DNA of 57,396 nucleotides, from IMG/VR virus record IMGVR_UViG_3300002835_000040. One strand, 5' to 3'. Below, piece by piece: positions 49,345 through 57,396 of this stretch. The DNA comes from an uncultured virus (IMG/VR IMGVR_UViG_3300002835_000040). Its lineage: Duplodnaviria > Heunggongvirae > Uroviricota > Caudoviricetes. The notes under the pieces are model-generated. The model saw nothing but the letters and a program-made list of their open reading frames with translations, did no database searches and was not told the DNA's origin. The translations under genes were made by a program, and so were the position numbers. Every line of letters starts with the position of its first letter. The first letter of the stretch is position 1.

Positions 49345-49560
49345 TTACTCAAACACTTCGTCAATTTTACTTTCACTTACTGAAGTAATTCTCCAATCAT
49401 AACTAAATGATTTGTAAGCCTCAGTAACTTTAGCTTCTACATCAGTAACAGAATAACCTTTTACAAGTTTTTCTTCTCTTACCTTTTTAATTTTTCCTGT
49501 GTTTTCATCTGGCAAATCGTATTGGATTTTAGCCACAAAGTATTTTTCGTCCATTTCCAT
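49345..49560 (-). CDS. DUF4494-like small protein
   Basis: YFVAKIQY..DENTGKIKKVREEKLVKGYSVTDVEAKV...WRITSVSESKIDEVF resembles the Bacteroidota DUF4494 pattern. Confidence 0.65.
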   Translation of the reverse strand: MEMDEKYFVAKIQYDLPDENTGKIKKVREEKLVKGYSVTDVEAKVTEAYKSFSYDWRITSVSESKIDEVFE

Positions 49561-49566
49561 AATTGT

Positions 49567-50286
49567 TTATTTTCCTAAATAATCGGAAAGTCTTCCCATT
49601 AAATCAAGCGATTTGTTAACTGTTCTTGATGCTTTCATCTCATTTTCTTCTTGTAGGTTCTCCTCAAACGCAAATCTTCCATCAGGTTCAGTAAATAAAT
49701 AAGCTCCTGGTGTTGATGGTGAAGATACCAAGTCAAAACAAATTAATTCAAAATCATCTTGAACTTCATTTTGGTCACCTACCTTCTTTAAGGAACCTAC
49801 CCCTCTTGACGATATACCTAACGTTACACCTAATCTTAATAGATTTGCCGCTTGGTCACCCTTTGTTGATACGATACCTCTTTCATGGAACCCTGGTGAA
49901 GTTAGAAGTAATAACTTACCTAATAGAACATTACCATCCCACCACATCTCTGTAATCATGTGTGATACTCTATCTAAATCTATCAATGAAGACTCAGGGT
50001 GGTTAAGTTCTGATAAAGCGGTTTTCTTACCGATATAATTTTTTATATAATTTTCAGATTCTCTCTTTAAAATTCTTTCAGGATATATTCTACCGTTTCT
50101 ATTGGGTGTATTATATTTTTGTAGAACGGCATAGAACTCAAATGGTTTTGAATAATCTTTAAAATCCCTACTTTCTTGTAAGAATGTTTGATTATGTTTT
50201 TCTGTCGGGGAAACATATCCCGCATCCATCTCAATTAAAATACCTTTTCCTGTCTCTTTTGGACCTAATATTTTGTAATTTTGCAT
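49567..50286 (-). CDS. Prohead (maturation) protease, T4 gp21-like
   Basis: NRNGRIYP, ELNHP, VSH, LGISSRGVGS, FDLVSSPSTPGAY; TATTTAT at 50302-50308. Confidence 0.93.
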   Translation of the reverse strand: MQNYKILGPKETGKGILIEMDAGYVSPTEKHNQTFLQESRDFKDYSKPFEFYAVLQKYNTPNRNGRIYPERILKRESENYIKNYIGKKTALSELNHPESSLIDLDRVSHMITEMWWDGNVLLGKLLLLTSPGFHERGIVSTKGDQAANLLRLGVTLGISSRGVGSLKKVGDQNEVQDDFELICFDLVSSPSTPGAYLFTEPDGRFAFEENLQEENEMKASRTVNKSLDLMGRLSDYLGK

Positions 50287-50308
50287 TTTACCTTTTTATA
50301 GATAAATA

Positions 50309-50773
50309 TTAAATACTTTCTATTTTATCGGTTGTTTTTATTTTGTTCGATTTTGTAAGATAAAATTTGAAATATTTTGATTTTTTAAAAGATTCTTTTT
50401 CTACATAATTTATGATATTTTTAATAGAATTTTTTAGTTCTACAGATTTAAAATCAATATCTTTTTTCAAAAAGAATGTTACTTCTAAATTCATAAAAGA
50501 CCTTTTCTTAATTGTTATTCCACTTGTCCTTAAATCTAAATCAACTATAAATTTTTCATTTAGTAAGTCATTGTCGATAATTTCTATTAAGTTTGTTTTA
50601 ATATTTTTATTAAATACTGATACAATTCTATTCCAACTTTCTTCGTGTGTCTTTGGTTCAACCCAAGATTGGATATTTAAATAAATTGATTTTAAATTTT
50701 TTGAGTCAACCGTACCATAAGAACATTTTATTTGTTTATATCCTCTAACCACACAACTTTTTCCTTTTTTCAT
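50309..50773 (-). CDS. Hypothetical protein
   Basis: 154 aa; YGTVDSKNLKSIYLNIQSW, IVDLDLRTSGI. Confidence 0.75.
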   Translation of the reverse strand: MKKGKSCVVRGYKQIKCSYGTVDSKNLKSIYLNIQSWVEPKTHEESWNRIVSVFNKNIKTNLIEIIDNDLLNEKFIVDLDLRTSGITIKKRSFMNLEVTFFLKKDIDFKSVELKNSIKNIINYVEKESFKKSKYFKFYLTKSNKIKTTDKIESI

Positions 50774-50811
50774 TTACAAGTTTTTCATATCTTCGTTTAT
50801 TTATGTAAGTA

Positions 50812-50840
50812 ATATTAATCAACAAAAACCGAGTTGTCAA
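50812..50840 (-). promoter_or_regulatory. Primary-sigma-type promoter for ORF 50773
   Basis: TTGACA-N17-TAATAT. Confidence 0.55.
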
Positions 50841-50841
50841 A

Positions 50842-51027
50842 ATGCTAATAATTCCCGTAAAAAATAACGATTTAGAAAAATCTTTAAAAAACTTTAAATC
50901 AAAAGTTTTAAAAACCAAAATGATTGTAGAGTTACAAAACAGAAAAAACTACAAAAAAAAATCTGACATAAAACGTCAGATTTTAAATGATGCTATTTAT
51001 AAAAATTCAAAAAATAAAGATTTATAA
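50842..51027 (+). CDS. rpsU: Phage-encoded 30S ribosomal protein bS21
   Basis: MLIIPVK..DLEKSLKNFKSKV.KT..I.EL..R..Y.K.S..KR.....AIY follows the Bacteroidota bS21 pattern; antisense inside the head module; TATTTAT at 50798-50804. Confidence 0.85.
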   Translation: MLIIPVKNNDLEKSLKNFKSKVLKTKMIVELQNRKNYKKKSDIKRQILNDAIYKNSKNKDL

Positions 51028-51732
51028 ATTTTGTGTTAAATTCATTAATTTAATATATTCTTTTTTAGAATGTTTTACATTTGTAAGTCTTTCTTTTGTT
51101 TCTAATAAAACTTTTGATAGTTCTTCATCAGACTCTGAAATAAGAGTGTCAATTTTTTGAATTGCAGTTTCTTTTAATTCTGTAAATTTTGTTTTTAAAT
51201 TTTCATCATTTGATGATAAAATTTCTTTAACAGAATTTCTTTCAGATTCAGTTAGGTTTTCTAAATATTTTTCAGCCGTTTTATTAGCAACTTTTAACAT
51301 TGAACTAATTGGTACGTTTGTAGATTTAGTTTCTTTTATTATTGGTTTTTTACCTAAAGACTCAACGATTGATTTTTTAGCAATTGATTTCTTTTCAGGT
51401 TTTAGTAAATCACCATAAAATAATTCATCAATTGTTTTGTATTTGTTTTCAAGTACAATATCCTTAGTCCAACTTTTAACAAAATTTACTGTATTTTCAG
51501 ATAATTTAATTTGTCTAAATTCATTAGATAAATCATCAACCAAATAAGTTGCGGTTTCTTTATCTAATTCTTTATTTTCTTTTAAATTATCATATATCGA
51601 CATTAATTTACAAAAATCACTATTTTTAAGTAATTTTCTTTCAAAAAGTCGCATATCAGTTTTAAGAGTTCCTTTAACAAAGGAATCAATTAATTTATTT
51701 TCTACTAATGTTTTTATTAATCCAAATCTCAT
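51022..51732 (-). CDS. Hypothetical head-module protein (possible prohead core component)
   Basis: 236 aa, helical, downstream of portal, many (L/I)-x-E-(S/N/T) sites, TATTTAT at 51749-51755. Confidence 0.65.
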   Translation of the reverse strand: MRFGLIKTLVENKLIDSFVKGTLKTDMRLFERKLLKNSDFCKLMSIYDNLKENKELDKETATYLVDDLSNEFRQIKLSENTVNFVKSWTKDIVLENKYKTIDELFYGDLLKPEKKSIAKKSIVESLGKKPIIKETKSTNVPISSMLKVANKTAEKYLENLTESERNSVKEILSSNDENLKTKFTELKETAIQKIDTLISESDEELSKVLLETKERLTNVKHSKKEYIKLMNLTQNL

Positions 51733-51755
51733 GTCTATATTTTTTTATATAAATA

Positions 51756-53612
51756 TCAATTCTTTAGTAGTTTATCTAATTCGGTACCCATTTCACCTAA
51801 AGAATTTTGAACTTTTGACAAATCAATCAATTCATCCTCATTTAACATACCTCTATTTTCTAATAAAATATTTAAATTTTCTTTATTTCTCTCATCGTTT
51901 TCAGGTACAGTCCCTCCTTCTGCAGGTGGTGCTGGTGATGGTGATTCAGGTGGTGCCGGTGACTCTCCTCCCATATCACCCATTCCTCCTAAATCAGGTG
52001 GTGCTCCTAATCCTCCTCCTGTGTCAGTTGCCCCACCTTCAGTAGGTGTTCCAGCCGGTTCACCTTCTTTTTTACCATACAACTTGTCTATGTTATCAAA
52101 TATACCTGTGTGAGTAATAACTTCAGCAGTTTTCTTAAGTTCTTCACCAACGGCTCTTTCGATACGTTGTTGTTGTAAATCAAGTTTAATTTCATCATCA
52201 GAAAATCCAAGAATATGTTTCTTAGCCCATGACATAGAAACTGCCGCAATACCACTTCCTGGGTCGGCAACCATATCTTTAAATAATAGTATTTTTTCTT
52301 TCCATACATCAATCTTTAGTAAATCCGCTTGTGTTGAAGGATTTGTTAAACTTAATGTAAAGTTTGATATTTCATCCTCAAACCCTAATATGAATAAATG
52401 TATTATCGCAATTTTATTTAATTCAGAAATCATATTCTTTTGAATACGATTGATGGTACGAGCGAAACGAATATCTTGTAATGATAAATTCTTACCATCA
52501 CCAACAGTTTCTTCAAAACCTAAAAATGCTTTAGGAACACGAAGAGCTGTTAACAATTTCTTTTGGATATACTCAATATCGGCAATCTCTGATAAGTTCG
52601 CAGCTCCCGGTAATGTCTCAATCGGCATTGTTTGTGTAGTATCTCTAACAGGAACGAAATAATCTTGGTCAACCGCCATCTGATTAAATCTCATATCCAC
52701 ATTACCTGTCTTATGGTCAACCGTTTGACTTCTCTTAAACTTATTAGCAAATCTTTGGATATATGGTTCAACATCCGCATCATCCATGTTACCAACAAAT
52801 ACTTTAAATACACGTCTTTCAGGTGCTCTTGATGTTCTGTAAATTAACATAGCATCTTCAGATAACAATAATTGTTTCCAAATACGACGAGCCTTTTCTA
52901 ACATAGAAGTTCCATAAGGAAGTCTTCTATCATCACCAAGTAATCTAAAGTGTGCAACTTCCCAAGTATTAAACTCTAAATCCTTTTGTTTCCATTTGAA
53001 TTTTAAATGTTTCTTTTCAGGATTTGTTGTCGAATCTGTTGAGTGAGCACCCATACCTGCTTCCAATCTTTCAATCTCGATGACTGGTAATTGCATACAT
53101 CCTATAATACCTTTTTCAGGGTCTAATTTAAGATATACAAAATTATCACCATACTTACATGTGTTTCTTATCCACATAGGTAAGTTAGTATTAATATCTA
53201 ACGCATTGTTAAATAAATCACCTAAAATAGATTTAATTCTTGTTGACTCAGAATAGATTTGTAACATAAAACCATCCTGATTAATTGTTGTTGACTCTTC
53301 AGCATAAATGTCTAAAGCCGCACCAATTTCAGGTGTAAATTCCATTGACTCGTAGTCATAAAAAGACGCTAAACGAGTTGGTTCATAGTAAACTGCCTGT
53401 GTATATAGATTATTCTCAACCCTACCCCATTGGTTTGCTAAGTAATATGTTTGTTGAGCTTGTAATTTCTCTCTATCATATTCAGATTTAGAAGTTGTCT
53501 TTAAAAGTTCCTTCTTATCATATTTGTACGTAGGATAATCCTGACCCAAAAGAGAATTGGGTCCAAATGTTTGGGATAACCGTTGCCATACCGTTAGTTT
53601 ATTTTCACTCAT
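51756..53612 (-). CDS. Portal protein (T4 gp20-like)
   Basis: YESME.TPEIGAALDIYAEE, LLLSEDAMLIYRTSRAPERRVFKV.VGN, DYFVP, IETLPG, ALRVPK, DIRFARTINRIQ; TATTTAT at 53622-53628. Confidence 0.95.
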   Translation of the reverse strand: MSENKLTVWQRLSQTFGPNSLLGQDYPTYKYDKKELLKTTSKSEYDREKLQAQQTYYLANQWGRVENNLYTQAVYYEPTRLASFYDYESMEFTPEIGAALDIYAEESTTINQDGFMLQIYSESTRIKSILGDLFNNALDINTNLPMWIRNTCKYGDNFVYLKLDPEKGIIGCMQLPVIEIERLEAGMGAHSTDSTTNPEKKHLKFKWKQKDLEFNTWEVAHFRLLGDDRRLPYGTSMLEKARRIWKQLLLSEDAMLIYRTSRAPERRVFKVFVGNMDDADVEPYIQRFANKFKRSQTVDHKTGNVDMRFNQMAVDQDYFVPVRDTTQTMPIETLPGAANLSEIADIEYIQKKLLTALRVPKAFLGFEETVGDGKNLSLQDIRFARTINRIQKNMISELNKIAIIHLFILGFEDEISNFTLSLTNPSTQADLLKIDVWKEKILLFKDMVADPGSGIAAVSMSWAKKHILGFSDDEIKLDLQQQRIERAVGEELKKTAEVITHTGIFDNIDKLYGKKEGEPAGTPTEGGATDTGGGLGAPPDLGGMGDMGGESPAPPESPSPAPPAEGGTVPENDERNKENLNILLENRGMLNEDELIDLSKVQNSLGEMGTELDKLLKN

Positions 53613-53650
53613 ATTTTAATTATAAATATTCTTATAGATTATTAAACAAT

Positions 53651-55114
53651 TTATCCAATATTATATGGACATGAACCTAAATTAGTAACACTTAGATTAC
53701 TTCCAGTAGGTTCTGAACACAAACACATATATACTACATAGTTTTTAGGTAATGTAAACGATGTCGGAGCATCAACAAATGGAGGTGACATACTAACTGT
53801 TGCAGTAGCTCCTGTTGCTTCAAGTCGATATTGATTAGTAACACAAGTTCCACTATTTCTAGTACAAGCAGATGCACTAGTCGAAACCACACCTTCTACA
53901 ACTTGATAAAAATATGGTGGTATTGTATTTCTCGTATTATTTCTTAAGTTAAAGTTTACATCTAAAAATGCAGTTCCTCCACTAAATAATCCTTGACTAC
54001 TTGGTGGGTTATTTGTAAAAGTAATTGCTGAGTATGAATTACAATACCCTGTATTAAAAGGTACTGTATTACCAAAAAATCCATAAAATGTCTCATTATT
54101 ACAAGTACCACCAGTACATGGACCATAATTAGCTTTAATTATTGATATATCTTCATTAACAATTCGTGCACATACTTGGATTGATTCTCCAGCATTTATA
54201 TTACCAATAAATACTGTCCCCGAACAATCGTTATAATTATAATTTAAGGCACCTGCAGTAGGGTTTGTTAAATACCAACAACGACATTCTGGTATTGTCG
54301 GTGTCGGTGTAGTAGTTTGGGTAGGAGTGATTGTTGAAGTTATTGAAGGTGTTGGAGTTTGAGTATTAGTAGTGGTTTGAGTATTAGTAGGGGTTTGAGT
54401 TTGAGTTTGAGTTACTGAAGGTGTTGGTGTTGGTGTTTGGGTTTGCGTATTAGTCAGAGTTATTGAAGGTGTTGGTGTTGGGGTAGGTGTCGGACAAACT
54501 CCTGCATTACAAAAAGGTGTATCTATACCTATTGAAATACCAGGTGCACTAATTGAATTTTGTTTAGCACAGAACCTTGTTGTTGTATTAGGTAACATTG
54601 ACCCTGTAATTGTACCTCCCGAACATGAAATACCACTATATGATAGTGGAGGAGCGAGAGGAGCTCCTGTAATATAACTTAAATCATAACAAACACAAGA
54701 TATTTCAGTTGGTGTTACAGTTTGAGTATTGGTTGGTGTTATAGTATTAGTTGGTGTTTGTGTCGGAGTTTGAGTGTTTGTAGTCGTTACGGTTTGAGTT
54801 ATTGATGGTGTCGGTGTTTGAGTTTGAGTGTTTGTAGGTGTTTGAGTTTGGGTTAAAGATGGCGTCGGTGTTTGAGTTTGGGTTAAAGATGGCGTCGGTG
54901 TTTGAGTTTGAGTTAAAGAAGGTGTTGGAGTATTGGTCGGGGTTACAGAAGGTGTTGGAGTTAAAGGAGGTCCAGGTTCACCCTTTGTTTGTTTTATTAA
55001 AAAAACAAACTTTTTTAATTTACCGGTTAATGAACCGAAATTTTCTTGGCCCTCAACAATTAATTTTGAGCCGGTAAATATTCTACCTGATTTTTTTCTA
55101 TCTCCTGTTCCCAT
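53651..55114 (-). CDS. Mucin-like Pro/Thr-repeat protein with Cys-rich modules (putative head fibre/decoration)
   Basis: Two TPT/TQT tracts alternate with Cys-rich modules (CxC-(Y/W)-x-L...C-S-G...CA); located between terminase and portal. Confidence 0.7.
   Translation of the reverse strand: MGTGDRKKSGRIFTGSKLIVEGQENFGSLTGKLKKFVFLIKQTKGEPGPPLTPTPSVTPTNTPTPSLTQTQTPTPSLTQTQTPTPSLTQTQTPTNTQTQTPTPSITQTVTTTNTQTPTQTPTNTITPTNTQTVTPTEISCVCYDLSYITGAPLAPPLSYSGISCSGGTITGSMLPNTTTRFCAKQNSISAPGISIGIDTPFCNAGVCPTPTPTPTPSITLTNTQTQTPTPTPSVTQTQTQTPTNTQTTTNTQTPTPSITSTITPTQTTTPTPTIPECRCWYLTNPTAGALNYNYNDCSGTVFIGNINAGESIQVCARIVNEDISIIKANYGPCTGGTCNNETFYGFFGNTVPFNTGYCNSYSAITFTNNPPSSQGLFSGGTAFLDVNFNLRNNTRNTIPPYFYQVVEGVVSTSASACTRNSGTCVTNQYRLEATGATATVSMSPPFVDAPTSFTLPKNYVVYMCLCSEPTGSNLSVTNLGSCPYNIG
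54292..54495 (-). repeat. Pro/Thr/Gln low-complexity coding repeat
   Basis: PTPTPTPTPSITLTNTQTQTPTPTPSVTQTQTQ... Confidence 0.9.
54710..54975 (-). repeat. Pro/Thr/Gln coding repeat including a 30-bp tandem unit
   Basis: GGTGTTTGAGTTTGGGTTAAAGATGGCGTC occurs exactly twice (54837-54896), plus a degenerate third copy; encodes TPSLTQTQTP. Confidence 0.9.
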
Positions 55115-55120
55115 ATAATG

Positions 55121-56866
55121 TTATCTTCGTCCCCCGAATAACCATAAATAGTTTTCGTAGTCACTTTTTGTTGCCTCTCGTTTAATGTTTTCTTGTTGTT
55201 GTGAAATTACCGGGTCCATGAATTGTCTTCTGTTAAATTCATTTGTATTAACAGTCCATGAGTCAATCATCGCTTTTGTTTGATTTGTAACCTTATTAAG
55301 TGATGAAAATGATGTTTCACCAACATAAAGAGCCATGGCAACAGACATAATCAAGTCATCATGTTGTCCCTTTTGGTGGTCAGGTCTTCCATTCACATAA
55401 ATAAATGTGTTCATCTCATTTAATAAACGAGTTGAGTTTATTCTAAACCCATGTCTTAAATATTCCTCAAATGTTGCAATAATTTGAACTCGTTTAGCAT
55501 TAAAGTTAATTCCTGGTATTTTTTCAGTCGCCTTTGGGTCATATTGCCACTTATTTGAAATATCAACTCCATCAACATATACATTTCTATATCCTAACTC
55601 TCTCAATCTTAAAGATGTCGTAACTCCCATACCACCAGTGATATCCACAACAATAAATGCATTATACATATTACCCCATTTATAACATATTTCAGCTAAA
55701 GTGTCAGGAGGAAGTTTACCAACGTACTCAGCAACCTGTTCTCTTGAGTCAAAATCAACAATTTGGAATGTTGAAAAGTCTTCACTATCACCACGAGATA
55801 CGTCAACACCCATAATATATTTTTTACCTATTTCAGGTTCTTTCCAAATCCATAGTCCACCACCCATCATTTTTGTAGGAGGTTCCTTAACCATATTTAT
55901 CCTTAAATCTTCCAACATATCAGAATTAAATACGTTATCCCCCGAACCAAGAAACGCACATTCCAACTCCTGATTGACCTTACGTTTATCGTACTTAAGT
56001 TTTTTAACCATTGACTCATACCAAGATGAGTTTGGTTTATAACCCTGTGAAATTAGTTGTCTTATCTCATCAAAGTTTTTTTCTTTATTGTTATATTCAA
56101 TAATTTCAACATCAGGATATTCATTACGATTTAAGTAATAATGAATAATATCTTTAACATTAACTAATGATAAATCTTTTGCATATCTTGGGTCTTTCCA
56201 CCAAACCATTTCGGAAACTTTAAATTCATTCATTCCCTTTAACGCTTGGTCGTATATTTCATAATAAATTGCATCATATCCGTTTGGTGTTGATACAACT
56301 ATCACCTTACCACCTGTGGATAAAGATGCCATACAAGCCGCCCAAAAATCACTATCTGCTTCAATATATGCAGCCTCGTCAAATATTAATATTGTCGGTG
56401 TATAACCACGAAGAGCATCCTTAGATGTTGCAACCGCCTTAACTTCACATCCGTTAGTTAATTTAAAATGTCTTTGTGAGTTTTTTTCAGATGAAAATCC
56501 AACACCAACCCAACTAGGCCATTGGTCAGTAAATCCTCTAATCTTATTTGCAACCTCAACCGCAGTATCTAACTTATTTGCAATAATTAAAACTTTTTCA
56601 GGACTATTCTTTTTAGCAAAAACAAGTTTTTTTGATGACCAAGCAGCTGTTACCGTAGATACTCCGGCTTGTCTATACTTTAGTGCAATATTTTCATTAT
56701 AATTCTCGTAATCCTCAACCAGACTAATTTGGTCAGGAAATAACTCTAATGGGACATACTTTGAAACAGTGTTGTCATACGTCTGTAAATAAGTTTTAAG
56801 GGCGTATGGTGTTGATTTCATACACTTGGCATACTCCATTAAAACGGCTTCTTTAGATAAACTCAT
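55121..56866 (-). CDS. Terminase large subunit (T4 gp17-like)
   Basis: LKYRQAGVST (Walker A), ILIFDEAA, VSTPNG, QELEC.F, GVDVSRG..EDFS, HDDLIMS; TATTTAT at 56872-56878. Confidence 0.95.
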   Translation of the reverse strand: MSLSKEAVLMEYAKCMKSTPYALKTYLQTYDNTVSKYVPLELFPDQISLVEDYENYNENIALKYRQAGVSTVTAAWSSKKLVFAKKNSPEKVLIIANKLDTAVEVANKIRGFTDQWPSWVGVGFSSEKNSQRHFKLTNGCEVKAVATSKDALRGYTPTILIFDEAAYIEADSDFWAACMASLSTGGKVIVVSTPNGYDAIYYEIYDQALKGMNEFKVSEMVWWKDPRYAKDLSLVNVKDIIHYYLNRNEYPDVEIIEYNNKEKNFDEIRQLISQGYKPNSSWYESMVKKLKYDKRKVNQELECAFLGSGDNVFNSDMLEDLRINMVKEPPTKMMGGGLWIWKEPEIGKKYIMGVDVSRGDSEDFSTFQIVDFDSREQVAEYVGKLPPDTLAEICYKWGNMYNAFIVVDITGGMGVTTSLRLRELGYRNVYVDGVDISNKWQYDPKATEKIPGINFNAKRVQIIATFEEYLRHGFRINSTRLLNEMNTFIYVNGRPDHQKGQHDDLIMSVAMALYVGETSFSSLNKVTNQTKAMIDSWTVNTNEFNRRQFMDPVISQQQENIKREATKSDYENYLWLFGGRR

Positions 56867-56898
56867 ATACTATAAATATAAAATTTATCATAAAATAG

Positions 56899-56924
56899 AA
56901 AACCCTTCATCTCTGAAGGGTTTT
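56899..56924 (-). terminator. Intrinsic terminator upstream of the terminase late motif
   Basis: AAAACCCTTCA-TCTC-TGAAGGGTTTT perfect inverted repeat 8 nt after the upstream stop. Confidence 0.8.
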
Positions 56925-56931
56925 AAAGTTT

Positions 56932-57396
56932 TTAGTTAATACCTAATCCTTTTAAAAAGTCATCAAAATCCTCATCATCATCGTCGTCATCATCCTCATA
57001 TTTTTTCATAGTATCTTCATATTCTTCTTCTTTAAGTTCGGCAATGATTTCATCAACCATATCTTTTACCATTTTCTTTCCTTTTGGTGAACTTGATAAA
57101 ATTTCACGAGCCATTGCAAAGAATTCATTTGGGGTAAGTTCTGCAAACTTAACAAGGAAATATTGTTGTAAGTTTCTCTTATCATCATCAAATAATTCAT
57201 CAGGATAAGCTTCACGGAACTTTTGCCAAATAACAGGACCTAGTCTCATATCCCATATTTCACCAACAACAGTGTCTTGTGAATTGATTACAGCTTCTTG
57301 TCTTGTTTTATCTTTTGGTAATCCGTATGTTCCTGCAATTTCCATAACACCTTTAGCAAGTTCATGAATAAGGATTGGTAAGTTAACACCACGAGC
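56932..57396 (-). CDS. 3' part of a hypothetical protein entering from beyond the window
   Basis: Frame is open from the window edge (ARGVNLPILIHELAKGVMEIAG...) to TAA; acidic tail. Confidence 0.7.
   Translation of the reverse strand, partial: ARGVNLPILIHELAKGVMEIAGTYGLPKDKTRQEAVINSQDTVVGEIWDMRLGPVIWQKFREAYPDELFDDDKRNLQQYFLVKFAELTPNEFFAMAREILSSSPKGKKMVKDMVDEIIAELKEEEYEDTMKKYEDDDDDDDEDFDDFLKGLGIN

Noticed and set aside
53621..53628. Canonical T4 late promoter TATAAATA on the plus strand (also at 64, 45555, 51748, 56871)
   Set aside because: In most cases it points away from the adjacent structural gene, and plus-strand late genes show TATTTAT instead; the copy at 45555 is ambiguous because it also precedes ORF 45572
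54837..54910. 30-bp direct repeats as a possible CRISPR array
   Set aside because: The units are contiguous with no spacers, are in frame within a Pro/Thr coding tract, and no cas genes are present
989..55973. Short overlapping or antisense ORFs in the track (e.g. 989, 2333, 4976, 7449, 13478, 16340, 31163, 44867, 46360, 47930, 48893, 51731, 54838, 55701)
   Set aside because: They lie within well-supported genes in other frames or strands, have no recognisable motifs and mirror the composition of the real gene
1..57396. Stop-codon reassignment, as seen in some large Bacteroidota phages
   Set aside because: Core genes are full length and densely packed under the standard code, with TAA, TGA and at least one TAG acting as stops

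Overview
This AT-rich 57-kb window is the core of a large T4-like (myovirus) phage genome, read in the standard genetic code. No tRNA, rRNA, CRISPR array or mobile element was seen. It carries the head module (terminase large subunit, portal, prohead protease, scaffold, gp23-like major capsid protein) with an oppositely oriented ribosomal protein bS21 gene inside it. It also encodes tail sheath, neck and tail-completion proteins, a baseplate spike, a family B DNA polymerase, an SNF2 helicase, a gp55-like late sigma factor, PhoH and dUTPase. An ~18-kb operon holds about 11 glycosyltransferases and nucleotide-sugar enzymes (Gmd, Fcl/ColC-like, ColD-like, a DegT-type aminotransferase, a GNA1-type acetyltransferase). 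A Bacteroidota host is inferred from the bS21 type, a TTTG-N19-TAnnTTTG promoter, the lack of Shine-Dalgarno sites and DUF4494/DUF6576-like proteins. Three cross-cutting patterns stand out. (1) A candidate virion glycosylation system: soluble glycosyltransferases, a [S/T]-G-x-T motif enriched in virion proteins, and mucin-like Pro/Thr stalks. (2) A shared amphipathic 'IKKVLxE' leader and (L/I/V)-x-E sites on unrelated cargo proteins, including an SOD fused to a nuclease-like domain and a stand-alone WYL domain, suggesting capsid packaging and protease release. (3) A TATTTAT late motif upstream of about 17 genes, often only 4-7 nt before the ATG. All family assignments come from motif recognition by eye; no database searches were run.
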